From positions 4,320,001 to 4,384,000 of the forward strand of contig OZ242010.1 in NCBI GenBank assembly GCA_965204745.1: a stretch of DNA of 64,000 nt, read 5' to 3'. The first letter of the stretch is position 1. Each line of letters begins with the position of its first letter. The translations under genes were made by a program, and so were the position numbers. A model generated the notes under the pieces. That model did no database searches. It was not told where the DNA came from and worked only from the letters and a program-made list of their open reading frames with translations. Of the stretch, positions 9,874 to 18,940 are shown in pieces. This stretch comes from Candidatus Latescibacterota bacterium. GTDB taxonomy: Bacteria > Latescibacterota > UBA2968.

Positions 9874-10044
9874 TTACCAGTTGCCAAAAGTTTTGATCGC
9901 ACTGCCATAGACAAGGATCGTTTCATTGCAATTCCGTCTTTCTTGGATATTGTCCAACAAGAGTTCCATAACGGGTATTTTGTTGATGTTAAAACGCACT
10001 TCCCGATAGTGTTGGGGACTGTCATTTCGCATTTCGAGTTCTCC
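9874..10044 (-). pseudogene. Probable C-terminal stub of a restriction endonuclease gene
   Basis: A frame not in the ORF track reads GELEMRNDSPQHYREVRFNINKIPVMELLLDNIQERRNCNETILVYGSAIKTFGNW*, starting inside the 3' end of the Dam-like MTase. The resemblance to MTase-linked endonucleases is from memory and unverified. Confidence 0.5.
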
Positions 10045-11020
10045 GAATTAACAACTCGTGTGATTTTTTGACATGCGAGCCTTTGTTATTTTTCGTGCGA
10101 TTTTTTCCGATTCTCGTATCGCCCTGACCAAATGTGTACTGCCATTGCGGGGTTTCGATATGAAAATCCGAATACCAGTTGCGGATGGTGTCACAGTCGT
10201 TGTAGGACAAGATGAATCCGCCCTGATGTGAGAGGAGTAAGTCTCGGAGTTTTTCGTGCGGAAAGCCAACGTGATGGATCGGGAAGTTGCGGTGCGGATA
10301 CATGCCGACAAAGGTTTTTCCATCTTCGAGATAATAAGGCGGATCGCAATACAAAAAATCGCTTCTATGCGCGGGAATTGAATCCTCAAAACTCGCGCAT
10401 TGCACGGACATGCTGTTTGCGTGAAAGCACTTCACCTTTTCGAGCATCCTCGCATAGCGAGTTTCATTGAGATAGATATCCGAAGGCCAGCCGAGAAAAT
10501 GCGGGCCATAAGATGTGTTGGAATTAAAATAATAGTGTGCCGCGAGATCGCAGGGATCGAGCTTTTCCCCGTCCTTCCAATGGGAGACGAGTTTGTCCTT
10601 GACTTTTTTGAACGTGGCGCGGTCGGGCGAAAACCGTTCCAAGCGATTGTAGAGCGCGTCCCTCTCTCTCAACTGAATGTCCCAGTACGCGCATAAGATG
10701 TCGAATACATCATAAGCCACGACTTCTATACCCAACTCTTTGGCGCATGCCACTTCGACCGAACCGCCGCCTAAGAATGGCGACACCAATCGAATCAATC
10801 CCTTCGGCAAACGCGCTACGACATACCCCACCGCGAGGCTTTTCCCGCCGGCATAGCGCAGGGGCGATCCGAGATAGCGTTTGTAGTCCTGCTTCCCATT
10901 GCTTTTTAGCGCGTGCAAAAACCGCTCTTTACGCGAAAGGGCGTGACGCACCTCATCGAGACCAAATAAAGTGGGTACCGATATTTCATCGACAGGTGAA
11001 ACCGCAATTTTTTCTTTCAT
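10022..11020 (-). CDS. D12/Dam-class N6-adenine DNA methyltransferase
   Basis: SPLRYAGGKS, SPFLGGGSVE, FLYCDPPY, FILSYND. Confidence 0.92.
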   Translation of the reverse strand: MKEKIAVSPVDEISVPTLFGLDEVRHALSRKERFLHALKSNGKQDYKRYLGSPLRYAGGKSLAVGYVVARLPKGLIRLVSPFLGGGSVEVACAKELGIEVVAYDVFDILCAYWDIQLRERDALYNRLERFSPDRATFKKVKDKLVSHWKDGEKLDPCDLAAHYYFNSNTSYGPHFLGWPSDIYLNETRYARMLEKVKCFHANSMSVQCASFEDSIPAHRSDFLYCDPPYYLEDGKTFVGMYPHRNFPIHHVGFPHEKLRDLLLSHQGGFILSYNDCDTIRNWYSDFHIETPQWQYTFGQGDTRIGKNRTKNNKGSHVKKSHELLIRRTRNAK

Positions 11021-11034
11021 GGTGTTCTCCTTAC

Positions 11035-11185
11035 GCTACATCGGTGGCGAAACGTAGGCGATGATTCGTTAAAAAAATACGACATCAGGCGGCGAGGTCA
11101 CGGTCAAGTCTATGGACGCCTCATCCATACGCGACATAAACGCCACGCAGTCCTCGACAAAAAACCCTTCTTCCATCGTTGCCAT
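11035..11185 (-). pseudogene. Collapsed duplicate of the 9013-9807 MTase and the 8840-9013 nuclease
   Basis: 11088-11185 nearly equals 9708-9807 and 11039-11087 nearly equals 8870-8918. Reads MATMEEGFFVEDCVAFMSRMDEASIDLTVTSPP|DVVFF*. Confidence 0.9.
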
Positions 11186-11188
11186 TTC

Positions 11189-12067
11189 TTACTCCTCGCC
11201 GAACAGTTCCAAAGTTGGCGCGTCTTCGTCTGCGAGCCGAATGAAATACTTCCCCGACCGAATCCGATTCAGGGCGAACTCATAATACGACGGGATAATT
11301 TCAAAACCGACATAGTGCCGCCCTTTCATCTTGCTGACGACGGCGACTTGCCCCGAACCTAAAAAGGGATCCAAAACCACATCGCCCTTTTTGCTGGAGT
11401 AGTCGAGGATTTTCTCGATGAGCGCAGCGGGTAATTTTGTCGGCGTTTTCACCGCGCCATTCCAATACTCCCGCTTGATGTCCCAGACATCCTCTTTGTC
11501 CCTGTAATGTGCAGTGCCCCCGGTTTCTGTTTTTGCATCCTTATCAAAGCGAGAGAAAGGATAGAATTGCCGCTTCTGATCGTCTTTACAGACAAAGAGG
11601 CAATGATAATGCGAGGTGACATACTTCCGCTTTGTGACGACGCCAAACTGATATTTCCAGATCAGGTGATTAACCGTTGTGAGCGCGCACCGATCAATGG
11701 CGATCAGCAAGTCTTTCAGGTGATTCCATCCCGAGAAGATATACATGCTCCCGGACGCTTTGAGCACCCGCGTCGCCTGTTTAAGCCAAGCCTGTGTGAA
11801 CGCGAGGTAATCGCGGCTTTCTATCTCATTGTAACCTGGAAGCACCTGGTCGCCCTTTCGATTGTAGTTGTTGCGCGTCGCTTGAAAGTCAATGGCGAAT
11901 GGCGGATCTGTGATGATCAGGTCGATGCACGCCGCTGGCATGTCGGACATGAGCGAAATGCAATCGCCCTGCTTAATGGTGTCTCGCCATGATTTCACAA
12001 ATTCTGCCATCTTATCGCTTTCCTTTCTGACCAATTTTGCCATTTCTTGTTTTCGTGTCTCACTCAT
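11189..12067 (-). CDS. Beta-class DNA methyltransferase (N6-adenine/N4-cytosine)
   Basis: ITDPPF motif IV, TPTKLP, LDPFLGSG motif I; ATGA overlap with the nurA stop. Confidence 0.9.
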   Translation of the reverse strand: MSETRKQEMAKLVRKESDKMAEFVKSWRDTIKQGDCISLMSDMPAACIDLIITDPPFAIDFQATRNNYNRKGDQVLPGYNEIESRDYLAFTQAWLKQATRVLKASGSMYIFSGWNHLKDLLIAIDRCALTTVNHLIWKYQFGVVTKRKYVTSHYHCLFVCKDDQKRQFYPFSRFDKDAKTETGGTAHYRDKEDVWDIKREYWNGAVKTPTKLPAALIEKILDYSSKKGDVVLDPFLGSGQVAVVSKMKGRHYVGFEIIPSYYEFALNRIRSGKYFIRLADEDAPTLELFGEE

Positions 12068-13284
12068 ACCGCCGCGGCTATTTTTTTGAGTTGTTTGAGC
12101 GACTGTTCGATTTTGACGTCGTTTTTGACAAAGGCATCTTTTAGGAACTTGAAGAAGATATCGCGGTCGGCGCCGCGCACGATGGCGCGCTCGTGAGATT
12201 CGGACAAGACCACGGGATAGCCCCGCCCTTTCTCGACTTGATCGACAATGGTGGCGTGGACGAGGTCGAGCAACTCGCGGTCGCGGGCCACCCATTCGGG
12301 GATTTCCACGCGGCCGATCTCCCAACCCGTGTGAACGTAAAAAAAGCAGATGTGGTGGGGGCCGTAGTCGTCGAGGATTTTGGACGCGCTTCGGTACACC
12401 CCACTGCGCTCGCCGCGCTTGAGTTTGCGGGCGTACAGCATATCGTCGGTCACGCCGGCGATGGGTTCGCAGGGAATGGTTGCGGGCGGTTCGGCATTGG
12501 CATCGAGATTGAGACCGTGTTGCGCTTCGGCGGCTTTCCACGGGCACCGGTCGCAGTTGGGCGGCTGTTCAGGACACAGGCCCACGCGCAGGGCATTGAG
12601 CACATCCGCACTGCCGGGATCGGAAATATACCCCGCAATGGGCACGCGCAATGCGCGCAATCGCTCCAAACTGGCGAGCGTGGTCTTGAGGGTTTCGCGG
12701 CGAAAATCGTAGGGTTTGCCCTCGAGCATCCACAAAATCAAGGTACCATCTGTCAGCCCGGCGAGGGTTCGCCCCTCTGCGTGCGCCTGATCGGCCAGGG
12801 CCACGACCTTTTCCAATTCCATTGTATTGCGCCGCATTCCCACCACGTCGCGGGTGATGGCACTGCGCTTGCCCGCCCACTCTTGGTAGAGATCGTCCTC
12901 ATCGTAAAACAGCGTGGGTTCACTGCTCAACACGGGCCGCTCCCCGCTGCCGTAGTGAATGACGACATAGCCGATATTGATGAGAAAACAGTTGCCGACC
13001 TCGTGCCGATCCGGGAAAATCTGCGACCCATCCGCGGCGATGACAGTGAGTTCCTTGGGCCGGTCCGGCTTTGGACACGTCTCGGTAATCGGCCCGCCCG
13101 GTTGGGCCACCAGCCAAGACGTGCGGCTGCGCGCAATTTTAACGCTCAGACTTTCCCACGCATCTTCCCAGCGGTCCATTTCGGAACACGCCAACTCAAT
13201 GCGCGCAAAAAAATCGTCTTGCATGGTTCGGGCATCGACAGCCATCTGGTCGATCTGGCGTTTGAGCACACCGTAGTTGAGCAT
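12064..13284 (-). CDS. nurA: NurA family nuclease
   Basis: IAADGSQIFPDRHE, LTDGTL, GYIS, GRVEIPEW, GRGYPVVLSESHERA. Confidence 0.9.
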   Translation of the reverse strand: MLNYGVLKRQIDQMAVDARTMQDDFFARIELACSEMDRWEDAWESLSVKIARSRTSWLVAQPGGPITETCPKPDRPKELTVIAADGSQIFPDRHEVGNCFLINIGYVVIHYGSGERPVLSSEPTLFYDEDDLYQEWAGKRSAITRDVVGMRRNTMELEKVVALADQAHAEGRTLAGLTDGTLILWMLEGKPYDFRRETLKTTLASLERLRALRVPIAGYISDPGSADVLNALRVGLCPEQPPNCDRCPWKAAEAQHGLNLDANAEPPATIPCEPIAGVTDDMLYARKLKRGERSGVYRSASKILDDYGPHHICFFYVHTGWEIGRVEIPEWVARDRELLDLVHATIVDQVEKGRGYPVVLSESHERAIVRGADRDIFFKFLKDAFVKNDVKIEQSLKQLKKIAAAV

Positions 13285-13293
13285 GGGAAACTC

Positions 13294-13453
13294 CAGTTGT
13301 CAGTTGTCAGTTGTCAGTTGTCAGTTGTCAGTTGTCAGTTGTCAGTTGTCAGTTGTCAGTTGTCAGTTGTCAGTTGTCAGTTGTCAGTTGTCAGTTGTCA
13401 GTTGTCAGTTGTCAGTTGTCAGTTGTCAGTTGTCAGTTGTCAGTTGTCAGTTG
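13294..13453. repeat. Perfect heptamer tandem array (CAGTTGT)n, about 22-23 copies
   Basis: Directly visible immediately upstream of the nurA start. Confidence 0.97.
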
Positions 13454-13665
13454 ACCAATTCTAACGAACATAGCGGTGGGGAGCGGGCGGGGACTGACTA
13501 CTGACTACTTGGGCGGTAGGGTCAGGTGGGGACTGACCACTGACTGCTGTCAGTTGTCAGTTGTCAGTTGACTAATTCTAACGAACATAGCGGTGGGGAG
13601 CGGGCGGGGACTGACTACTGACTACTTGGGCGGTAGGGTCAGGTGGGGACTGACCACTGACTGCT
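13432..13665. repeat. Near-perfect tandem duplication of about 117 bp
   Basis: gac(c/t)aattctaacgaacatagcggtggggagcgggcggggactgactactgactacttggg...actgct occurs at 13453 and 13570. Confidence 0.9.
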
Positions 13666-13759
13666 ATCAGTTGTCAGTGGTCAGTCCGCACCGCCGCCCA
13701 TCAAGCGGTCAGGCACCCCGTCGCCGTACACGCACGAGCACGACGTAAGTTTAATCGCT

Positions 13760-14317
13760 CTACACGATTGATTCGTAAAAAAATTGCCGGCCACCGCCGG
13801 CCACGCTGCCGTCGCGCACGCGGCACACGAGGCCCATCTTTTGAAGGGCGTTGAGCCGGTTGCACGCGATATTGATGTTTTTCCTCAAGGCGTGGGCGAA
13901 CTCGGACGACGTCCCTTTCTTGCGGGTCAGCACCACGTCCAGGGCTTCTCGAATGGGCGTTTTGAGCACGCCGATCACCTGAATGTCGCCATCGTCGTCT
14001 TTGAAAAGCGCGGCCAAGTTCCGCAACGTGAGCACGGCCTCGAAGGTTTCGCGCACGGAATCATTGGCGTTTTGAATAAAGGCAAAGCGATGCCCGAGTT
14101 CGCCACTGCCGATTCGCATGAGGAGTTTGGAGAGCAATTCGTCGGCACAGGAAATGTCGATGAACGAGACGTTGGCAAAGTCGAGCGGCGTAACCGCATC
14201 GTCATCGGCTGTTTGCATGAATGCCATGAGCTGATTGAGCAATGCTTCGCCTCGGTCGCGCCCACTCAAAATGCCCGTGGGCGTTTGAAAAATAAAGGGA
14301 GGGGTTTGTTCAGGCAT
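13760..14317 (-). CDS. STAS-like (DUF4325-type) domain plus C-terminal winged HTH, putative regulator
   Basis: LSGRDRGE...LDFANVSFIDISCADEL; C-terminal SSEFAHALRKNINIACNRLNALQKMGLV. Confidence 0.65.
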   Translation of the reverse strand: MPEQTPPFIFQTPTGILSGRDRGEALLNQLMAFMQTADDDAVTPLDFANVSFIDISCADELLSKLLMRIGSGELGHRFAFIQNANDSVRETFEAVLTLRNLAALFKDDDGDIQVIGVLKTPIREALDVVLTRKKGTSSEFAHALRKNINIACNRLNALQKMGLVCRVRDGSVAGGGRQFFYESIV

Positions 14318-14384
14318 GCATCGTTCCTCAAAATTCGGTCGAGATGATGTTGGTGGAGATTGGCGGGGGAACGATGGGGAGAAG

Positions 14385-14511
14385 GTGGTCAGTGGTCAGT
14401 GGTCAGTGGTCAGTGGTCAGTGGTCAGTGGTCAGTGGTCAGTGGTCAGTGGTCAGTGGTCAGTGGTCAGTGGTCAGTGGTCAGTGGTCAGTGGTCAGTGG
14501 TCAGTGGTCAG
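14385..14511. repeat. Perfect heptamer tandem array (GTGGTCA)n, about 18 copies
   Basis: Directly visible. Confidence 0.97.
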
Positions 14512-14895
14512 CAGAACAGATCACCTTTGGGGATGGGTGGAGACTGGTAGTTGATGGCATCTTGTATCTTTGGGCGAGCACGGAGGCAATCGTCCCTTTT
14601 AATTGAATTCAGTTAAGTTGTGGGAAATTAGGCGTTATGAAATGATATGTCAAGTGTTTTTTATCGGGCGAGGGAAAATCCAAGGGTGCGTGCCGACATT
14701 GGCTATGCCCGTGCTTGCGCGTGCGCCGGAATGGCGATGGGGCAAGGCAAAGAGCGTTGATGTTGCAGTTGTACACCATTCCGCAGATTCGGCTATGCCG
14801 TGCTTGCAAATTGCGATATATTAAGCCCATCGCTCCTAACACATACGCAAAGGCGCGATGCCCTATGCTGATGCTACTCATAGTGGAACAAAGGT

Positions 14896-15525
14896 TTGAC
14901 CATGATTCCTCCTGCATCCAAAGACCAAATGCCCGTTTGGCGCGGCGATGGCAATGTCTTGCAGGTCAATGAAATTTTTTATTCCATCGAAGGCGAGGGC
15001 CTGCGCGTGGGGCAACCCACGACATTTGTGCGCCTGGCGCGGTGTAATTTGCGCTGCTTTTTCTGCGATACCGAGTTCGATACCTTTCGGGAAATGACTA
15101 TCGCGCAGATCGTCGCAACGGTCGAGCGGCACTCGGCGACGTGGGTGTGTTTGACCGGGGGCGAACCCCTGGGGCAAAATATCGCGTTGCTTTGCCGGGC
15201 ATTGGTGCAGGCCGGGTATCGGTTGCACATCGAAACGAATGGCACGGTTGATCCGGACCCGGTCTTGTGCGATCTCATCGAACACTGGACAGTATCGCCC
15301 AAACGCAGAAAAATCGCCGCCGGCCTGACGCGCATCACCGAACTCAAATACGTGGTGGGCCAGGCATTCCGCGAGGACGTGGTCGATGAACGCCGCGCAC
15401 AATACATCTACTTGCAGCCAGAGTCGAGTGAGCCCCAATATATTCGCAAGGCATTGGACATTTTGACTCGGCATCCCAACTGGCGGTTGTCGTGTCGCAT
15501 TCACAAAATACTGAACCTGCCATAA
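14896..15525 (+). CDS. queE: 7-carboxy-7-deazaguanine synthase (radical SAM); true start may be slightly downstream
   Basis: EIFYSIEGEG, FVRLARCNLRCFFCDT, LTGGEP, IETNG, TVSPK, WRLSCRIHK. Confidence 0.9.
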   Translation: MTMIPPASKDQMPVWRGDGNVLQVNEIFYSIEGEGLRVGQPTTFVRLARCNLRCFFCDTEFDTFREMTIAQIVATVERHSATWVCLTGGEPLGQNIALLCRALVQAGYRLHIETNGTVDPDPVLCDLIEHWTVSPKRRKIAAGLTRITELKYVVGQAFREDVVDERRAQYIYLQPESSEPQYIRKALDILTRHPNWRLSCRIHKILNLP

Positions 15526-15537
15526 GGAGAAGGGCAC

Positions 15538-16539
15538 ATGATCAAACTGGGCATGATCGGATGTGGGGGCATGGGAGGCGCGCACATGCGGCGGTTTCAC
15601 ACCTTGCGCCACCGCGTCTCATTGGCCGCTGCTGTCGATGTGGTGAAAGAACGCGCAGAGGGCATCGCACGACACTTTCCCGACGCCATCGCGGCCACGG
15701 ATTACCGCGAGATTTTGGGATCGGTTGACGCGGTATTGCTCGCGTTGCCCCATCACTTGCACTTTTCCGTGGGGCAAGCGTGCCTCGATGCGGGCGTTCA
15801 CGTCTTGCTCGAAAAACCCATGGCCAATTACGAAGTGGCGTGCAAGGAACTGATAGAAGCCGCGGAAAAATCGGGCAAAGTGCTGATGATCGCGTACTGC
15901 ATGCGCTTTCATCCCTTGGTACAACGCTTGAAAGCCCTGTTGGACGCCCAGGCGTATGGCGATGTGTTTCAGGTGTCGATTTGGACCGAACAACTCACGC
16001 GCTATCCCCCGGACCATTGGGCATCGAGCAAAGAGCGGTTGGGCGGCGGGCAGTTGTTCAGCCACGGGTGTCACTATATCGACTTGTTGCTCTATTTTTT
16101 GGGCCGACCCGTGCGCGGCACGCACATGGGCACGAATTTCGGCACGCCTTGGATGGAGCGCGAAGGCACGAGCAATGTGACGATGGAATTTGAAAATGGC
16201 CGCTTGGGCTACCACTTTGGCACATGGGGCGCTCGGGGCACGCGCTTGCGCTACGCGATTCACGCGCATTGCACCGAGGGGTTGCTCGAAGCCGATCTCT
16301 CGGGCGGCAAACTCGTGCATATCATGCGCGGCGACGAAACCGTGTTGCTCGAAGCCGAGCGCGGCAAACACACGGAAAACGAGATGGCCCATTTTCTCGA
16401 CTGCATCGAAACCGGGCGACAACCGCTGACAGATGGCAAGAGCAGTTTGCAGGGCTTGCGCGTGATCTGGCGATTGTACGAGGCCGAGCAAGCAGGGCAC
16501 ATCGCCGATTTGACCGGCTTGGGTTTGGAAGATGTTTGA
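15538..16539 (+). CDS. Gfo/Idh/MocA family oxidoreductase
   Basis: GCGGMG, HVLLEKPMA, GGGQLFSHGCHYID. Confidence 0.9.
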   Translation: MIKLGMIGCGGMGGAHMRRFHTLRHRVSLAAAVDVVKERAEGIARHFPDAIAATDYREILGSVDAVLLALPHHLHFSVGQACLDAGVHVLLEKPMANYEVACKELIEAAEKSGKVLMIAYCMRFHPLVQRLKALLDAQAYGDVFQVSIWTEQLTRYPPDHWASSKERLGGGQLFSHGCHYIDLLLYFLGRPVRGTHMGTNFGTPWMEREGTSNVTMEFENGRLGYHFGTWGARGTRLRYAIHAHCTEGLLEADLSGGKLVHIMRGDETVLLEAERGKHTENEMAHFLDCIETGRQPLTDGKSSLQGLRVIWRLYEAEQAGHIADLTGLGLEDV

Positions 16540-16780
16540 TCTATACCTACCCCCCCGGCCCGTTACGCGCTTCGTTGTAGGCTACGCCTGTGTCTGCGCC
16601 AAGATACAAGATGTAAGATGGGATTTTAGCCACGAGCGGGGTACAACTGGCGATAGCCCGTTCAAAGGCGAGCAGTGAGTGTAGGTCTTCTCCCGTCTTG
16701 CCTCTCACCTCTCACCTTTTTTCGTTACTCCAGCGCAGGCGTAACTGACGCCGGAGTCCAGTGATTTTTTGGAGGATGCC

Positions 16781-17806
16781 ATGCCACGGGAACTGATCGC
16801 CCTGTCGTCGGAAGAGATGGCCTTGCGAGAATACGAGGTGGCAGAGGTTGGAGAAGGAGAGATGCGGGTGCAGAGTCTGTACGCCGCGGCCAAGCACGGA
16901 ACCGAGATGTCCGGGGTGAAGGGGTATAGCGGGAAACGGGGGCCGTATGACGCAGAGCTTCAAGTGTTCCCAGACGCGGGCAAAGGCACGGGGCGGGCGT
17001 CTCGCGTGGGCAATATGTTCGTGGGGGCCGTGACAGCAGTCGGTGCGGATGTGGAAGGATTCGCAGAAGGCGATGAGGTGTTGGGTTACGGCCCGTTTCG
17101 AGAAGTCCATGTGGTCTCGGCAACGCGATGCTGGAAGATGCCGCAAGGATTCGCTTGGCAGTCCGCAGTGTGTTTGGATCCAGCGGATTTTGCGATGGGC
17201 GCGGTCAGGGATGGACAGGTGCGGATCGGCGACGCGGTCGCCGTATTTGGCATGGGCGCGATTGGCTTGATGGTGGTGCAGATCGCCAAACTCTCCGGCG
17301 CGTATCCGATAATCGCGGTCGATCCCCTGCCAAACCGCCGCCGGGCGGCCCAAACCTGCGGCGCGGATCTGATCCTCGATCCGACAGCCTGTGACGCAGG
17401 CGTGAAAATCAAAAGGGCAACGGCAAATAGAGGAGTGGATGTGGCGATAGAATACAGCGGCAATGTGCATGCCCTGCAAGCCGCTGTGCGCGGGGTGGCG
17501 TTTGGCGGCAATGTGGTGGCTGGCGCCGCGCCTCCGCCTTATGGCATCGGGTTGGATTTCGGCGCAGAAGCGCATTTCAATCGTCCCAATCTCATTTTTT
17601 CACGAGCGTGTAGCGAGCCGAACCGGGAACACCCCCGATGGGACGAAAAGCGCATTTACGCCACCTGTTGGCGATTGCTCACAGAGGGAAAACTGACGGG
17701 CGCACCGATTGTGACGCCCATCGTGGCGTTTGAAGCCCTCGTAACCGAATATCCAAAAATCGCCAGCGACCCCGAGCAAAACATCAAATTAGGCGCGTTT
17801 TTTTAG
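16781..17806 (+). CDS. Medium-chain (zinc-binding family) dehydrogenase
   Basis: KHGTE, VAVFGMGAIG, GVDVAIEYSG; SD GGAGG upstream. Confidence 0.85.
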   Translation: MPRELIALSSEEMALREYEVAEVGEGEMRVQSLYAAAKHGTEMSGVKGYSGKRGPYDAELQVFPDAGKGTGRASRVGNMFVGAVTAVGADVEGFAEGDEVLGYGPFREVHVVSATRCWKMPQGFAWQSAVCLDPADFAMGAVRDGQVRIGDAVAVFGMGAIGLMVVQIAKLSGAYPIIAVDPLPNRRRAAQTCGADLILDPTACDAGVKIKRATANRGVDVAIEYSGNVHALQAAVRGVAFGGNVVAGAAPPPYGIGLDFGAEAHFNRPNLIFSRACSEPNREHPRWDEKRIYATCWRLLTEGKLTGAPIVTPIVAFEALVTEYPKIASDPEQNIKLGAFF

Positions 17807-17839
17807 CACTCCTATGCCGCGCCTTAAGGAGAAAGCGAG

Positions 17840-18940
17840 ATGTCGAGACTGAAGCATATCGAAATCAAGGGTTTCCGATCCATCAAAGAGATGGCACTAG
17901 AACTCCGACCACTCAACGTCTTGATCGGTGCTAACGGAGCAGGTAAGAGCAATCTCATTGCTTTTTTTAACTTGGTGAACGAATTGATGGGTGAACGGCT
18001 TCAGCAATATATTGGTGCGACGGGGCGGGCGACAGGCAATCTGTATTTTGGCCCCAAAATAACCCCTCAATTGGAAGCAAAAATGGCGTTTGAAGTCGAA
18101 AATGGAACGGACACCTACCAGATACTGCTGCGTCACGCTTCCGGTGATTCTCTGTTTTTCGCTGAAGAAATACTCTCTTATCAGACAATAGACTCTCCGA
18201 CACCAAAGGTCGTACCATTGGGGGGGGGTCATTGGGAAACGCGGATTAGAGCCACGGCAACAGGAGGCGAATCAGTGGCACAAGCGGTCTGGCATCTGCT
18301 GGGCTATTGCCGCGTCTATCACTTCCACGATACATCGCCGACTGCGAGAGTTCGGCAGTATTGTTACGTGGGTGACAACCGATGGCTTATGCCCGATGCG
18401 GCGAATCTGGCGGCGGTATTGTATGCGTTAAAGTCCAGCGAGGAAATAGCGTATCGCCGGATCGTGAGGACAATTCAACAGGTGGCACCGTTCTTTGAGG
18501 ATTTTGATCTCGAGCCGACCCATTCCAGAGACATCATTCTCAACTGGCGCCATCGCGAGTCCGACCTCATTTTTGGGCCCCATCAATTCTCAGACGGTAC
18601 CCTGTGGGCGATATGCCTGATTTCGCTGCTGTTGCTACCCGAAAAAAATCGTCTCAACCTGATTGTGGTGGATGAGCCGGAACTCGGATTACACCCCTAC
18701 GCGCTCCAAGTGATCGCTTCGCTGTTTCGCGCAGCAAGCCACCACACGCAGGTTCTCGTCAGCACGCAGTCCAGCGCGTTTCTCGATGCTTTTGAGATAG
18801 AGGATATCGTGATTGTCGAACGAAATAACGAGGCTACGGAGGTTCGCAGGCCGGATGCCGAAAAGCTCGACGCTTGGCTGGAAGACTATTCGGTCGGGGA
18901 AATTTGGGAAAAAAACATCATCGGTGGGGGGCCGCACTGA
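17840..18940 (+). CDS. ABC-type ATPase (AAA_21/COG4637-like)
   Basis: Walker A GANGAGKS, signature FSDGT, Walker B VVDEPELGLHP, STQS. Confidence 0.9.
   Translation: MSRLKHIEIKGFRSIKEMALELRPLNVLIGANGAGKSNLIAFFNLVNELMGERLQQYIGATGRATGNLYFGPKITPQLEAKMAFEVENGTDTYQILLRHASGDSLFFAEEILSYQTIDSPTPKVVPLGGGHWETRIRATATGGESVAQAVWHLLGYCRVYHFHDTSPTARVRQYCYVGDNRWLMPDAANLAAVLYALKSSEEIAYRRIVRTIQQVAPFFEDFDLEPTHSRDIILNWRHRESDLIFGPHQFSDGTLWAICLISLLLLPEKNRLNLIVVDEPELGLHPYALQVIASLFRAASHHTQVLVSTQSSAFLDAFEIEDIVIVERNNEATEVRRPDAEKLDAWLEDYSVGEIWEKNIIGGGPH

Noticed and set aside
9795-10025. 76-aa ORF MTVPNTIGK... from the ORF track
   Set aside because: No recognisable features. An alternative frame over the same bases (9874-10044) looks more protein-like.
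13277-14606. ORFs made of SVVSCQL/SVVSGQW repeats
   Set aside because: Artefacts of heptamer arrays that lack stop codons on the + strand.
14896-15525. queE as part of a 7-deazaguanine DNA-modification (dpd) system near the MTase cluster
   Set aside because: No dpdA/tgt-like, queC, queD or folE genes nearby. It is transcribed divergently with metabolic genes, so tRNA queuosine synthesis is the simpler reading.
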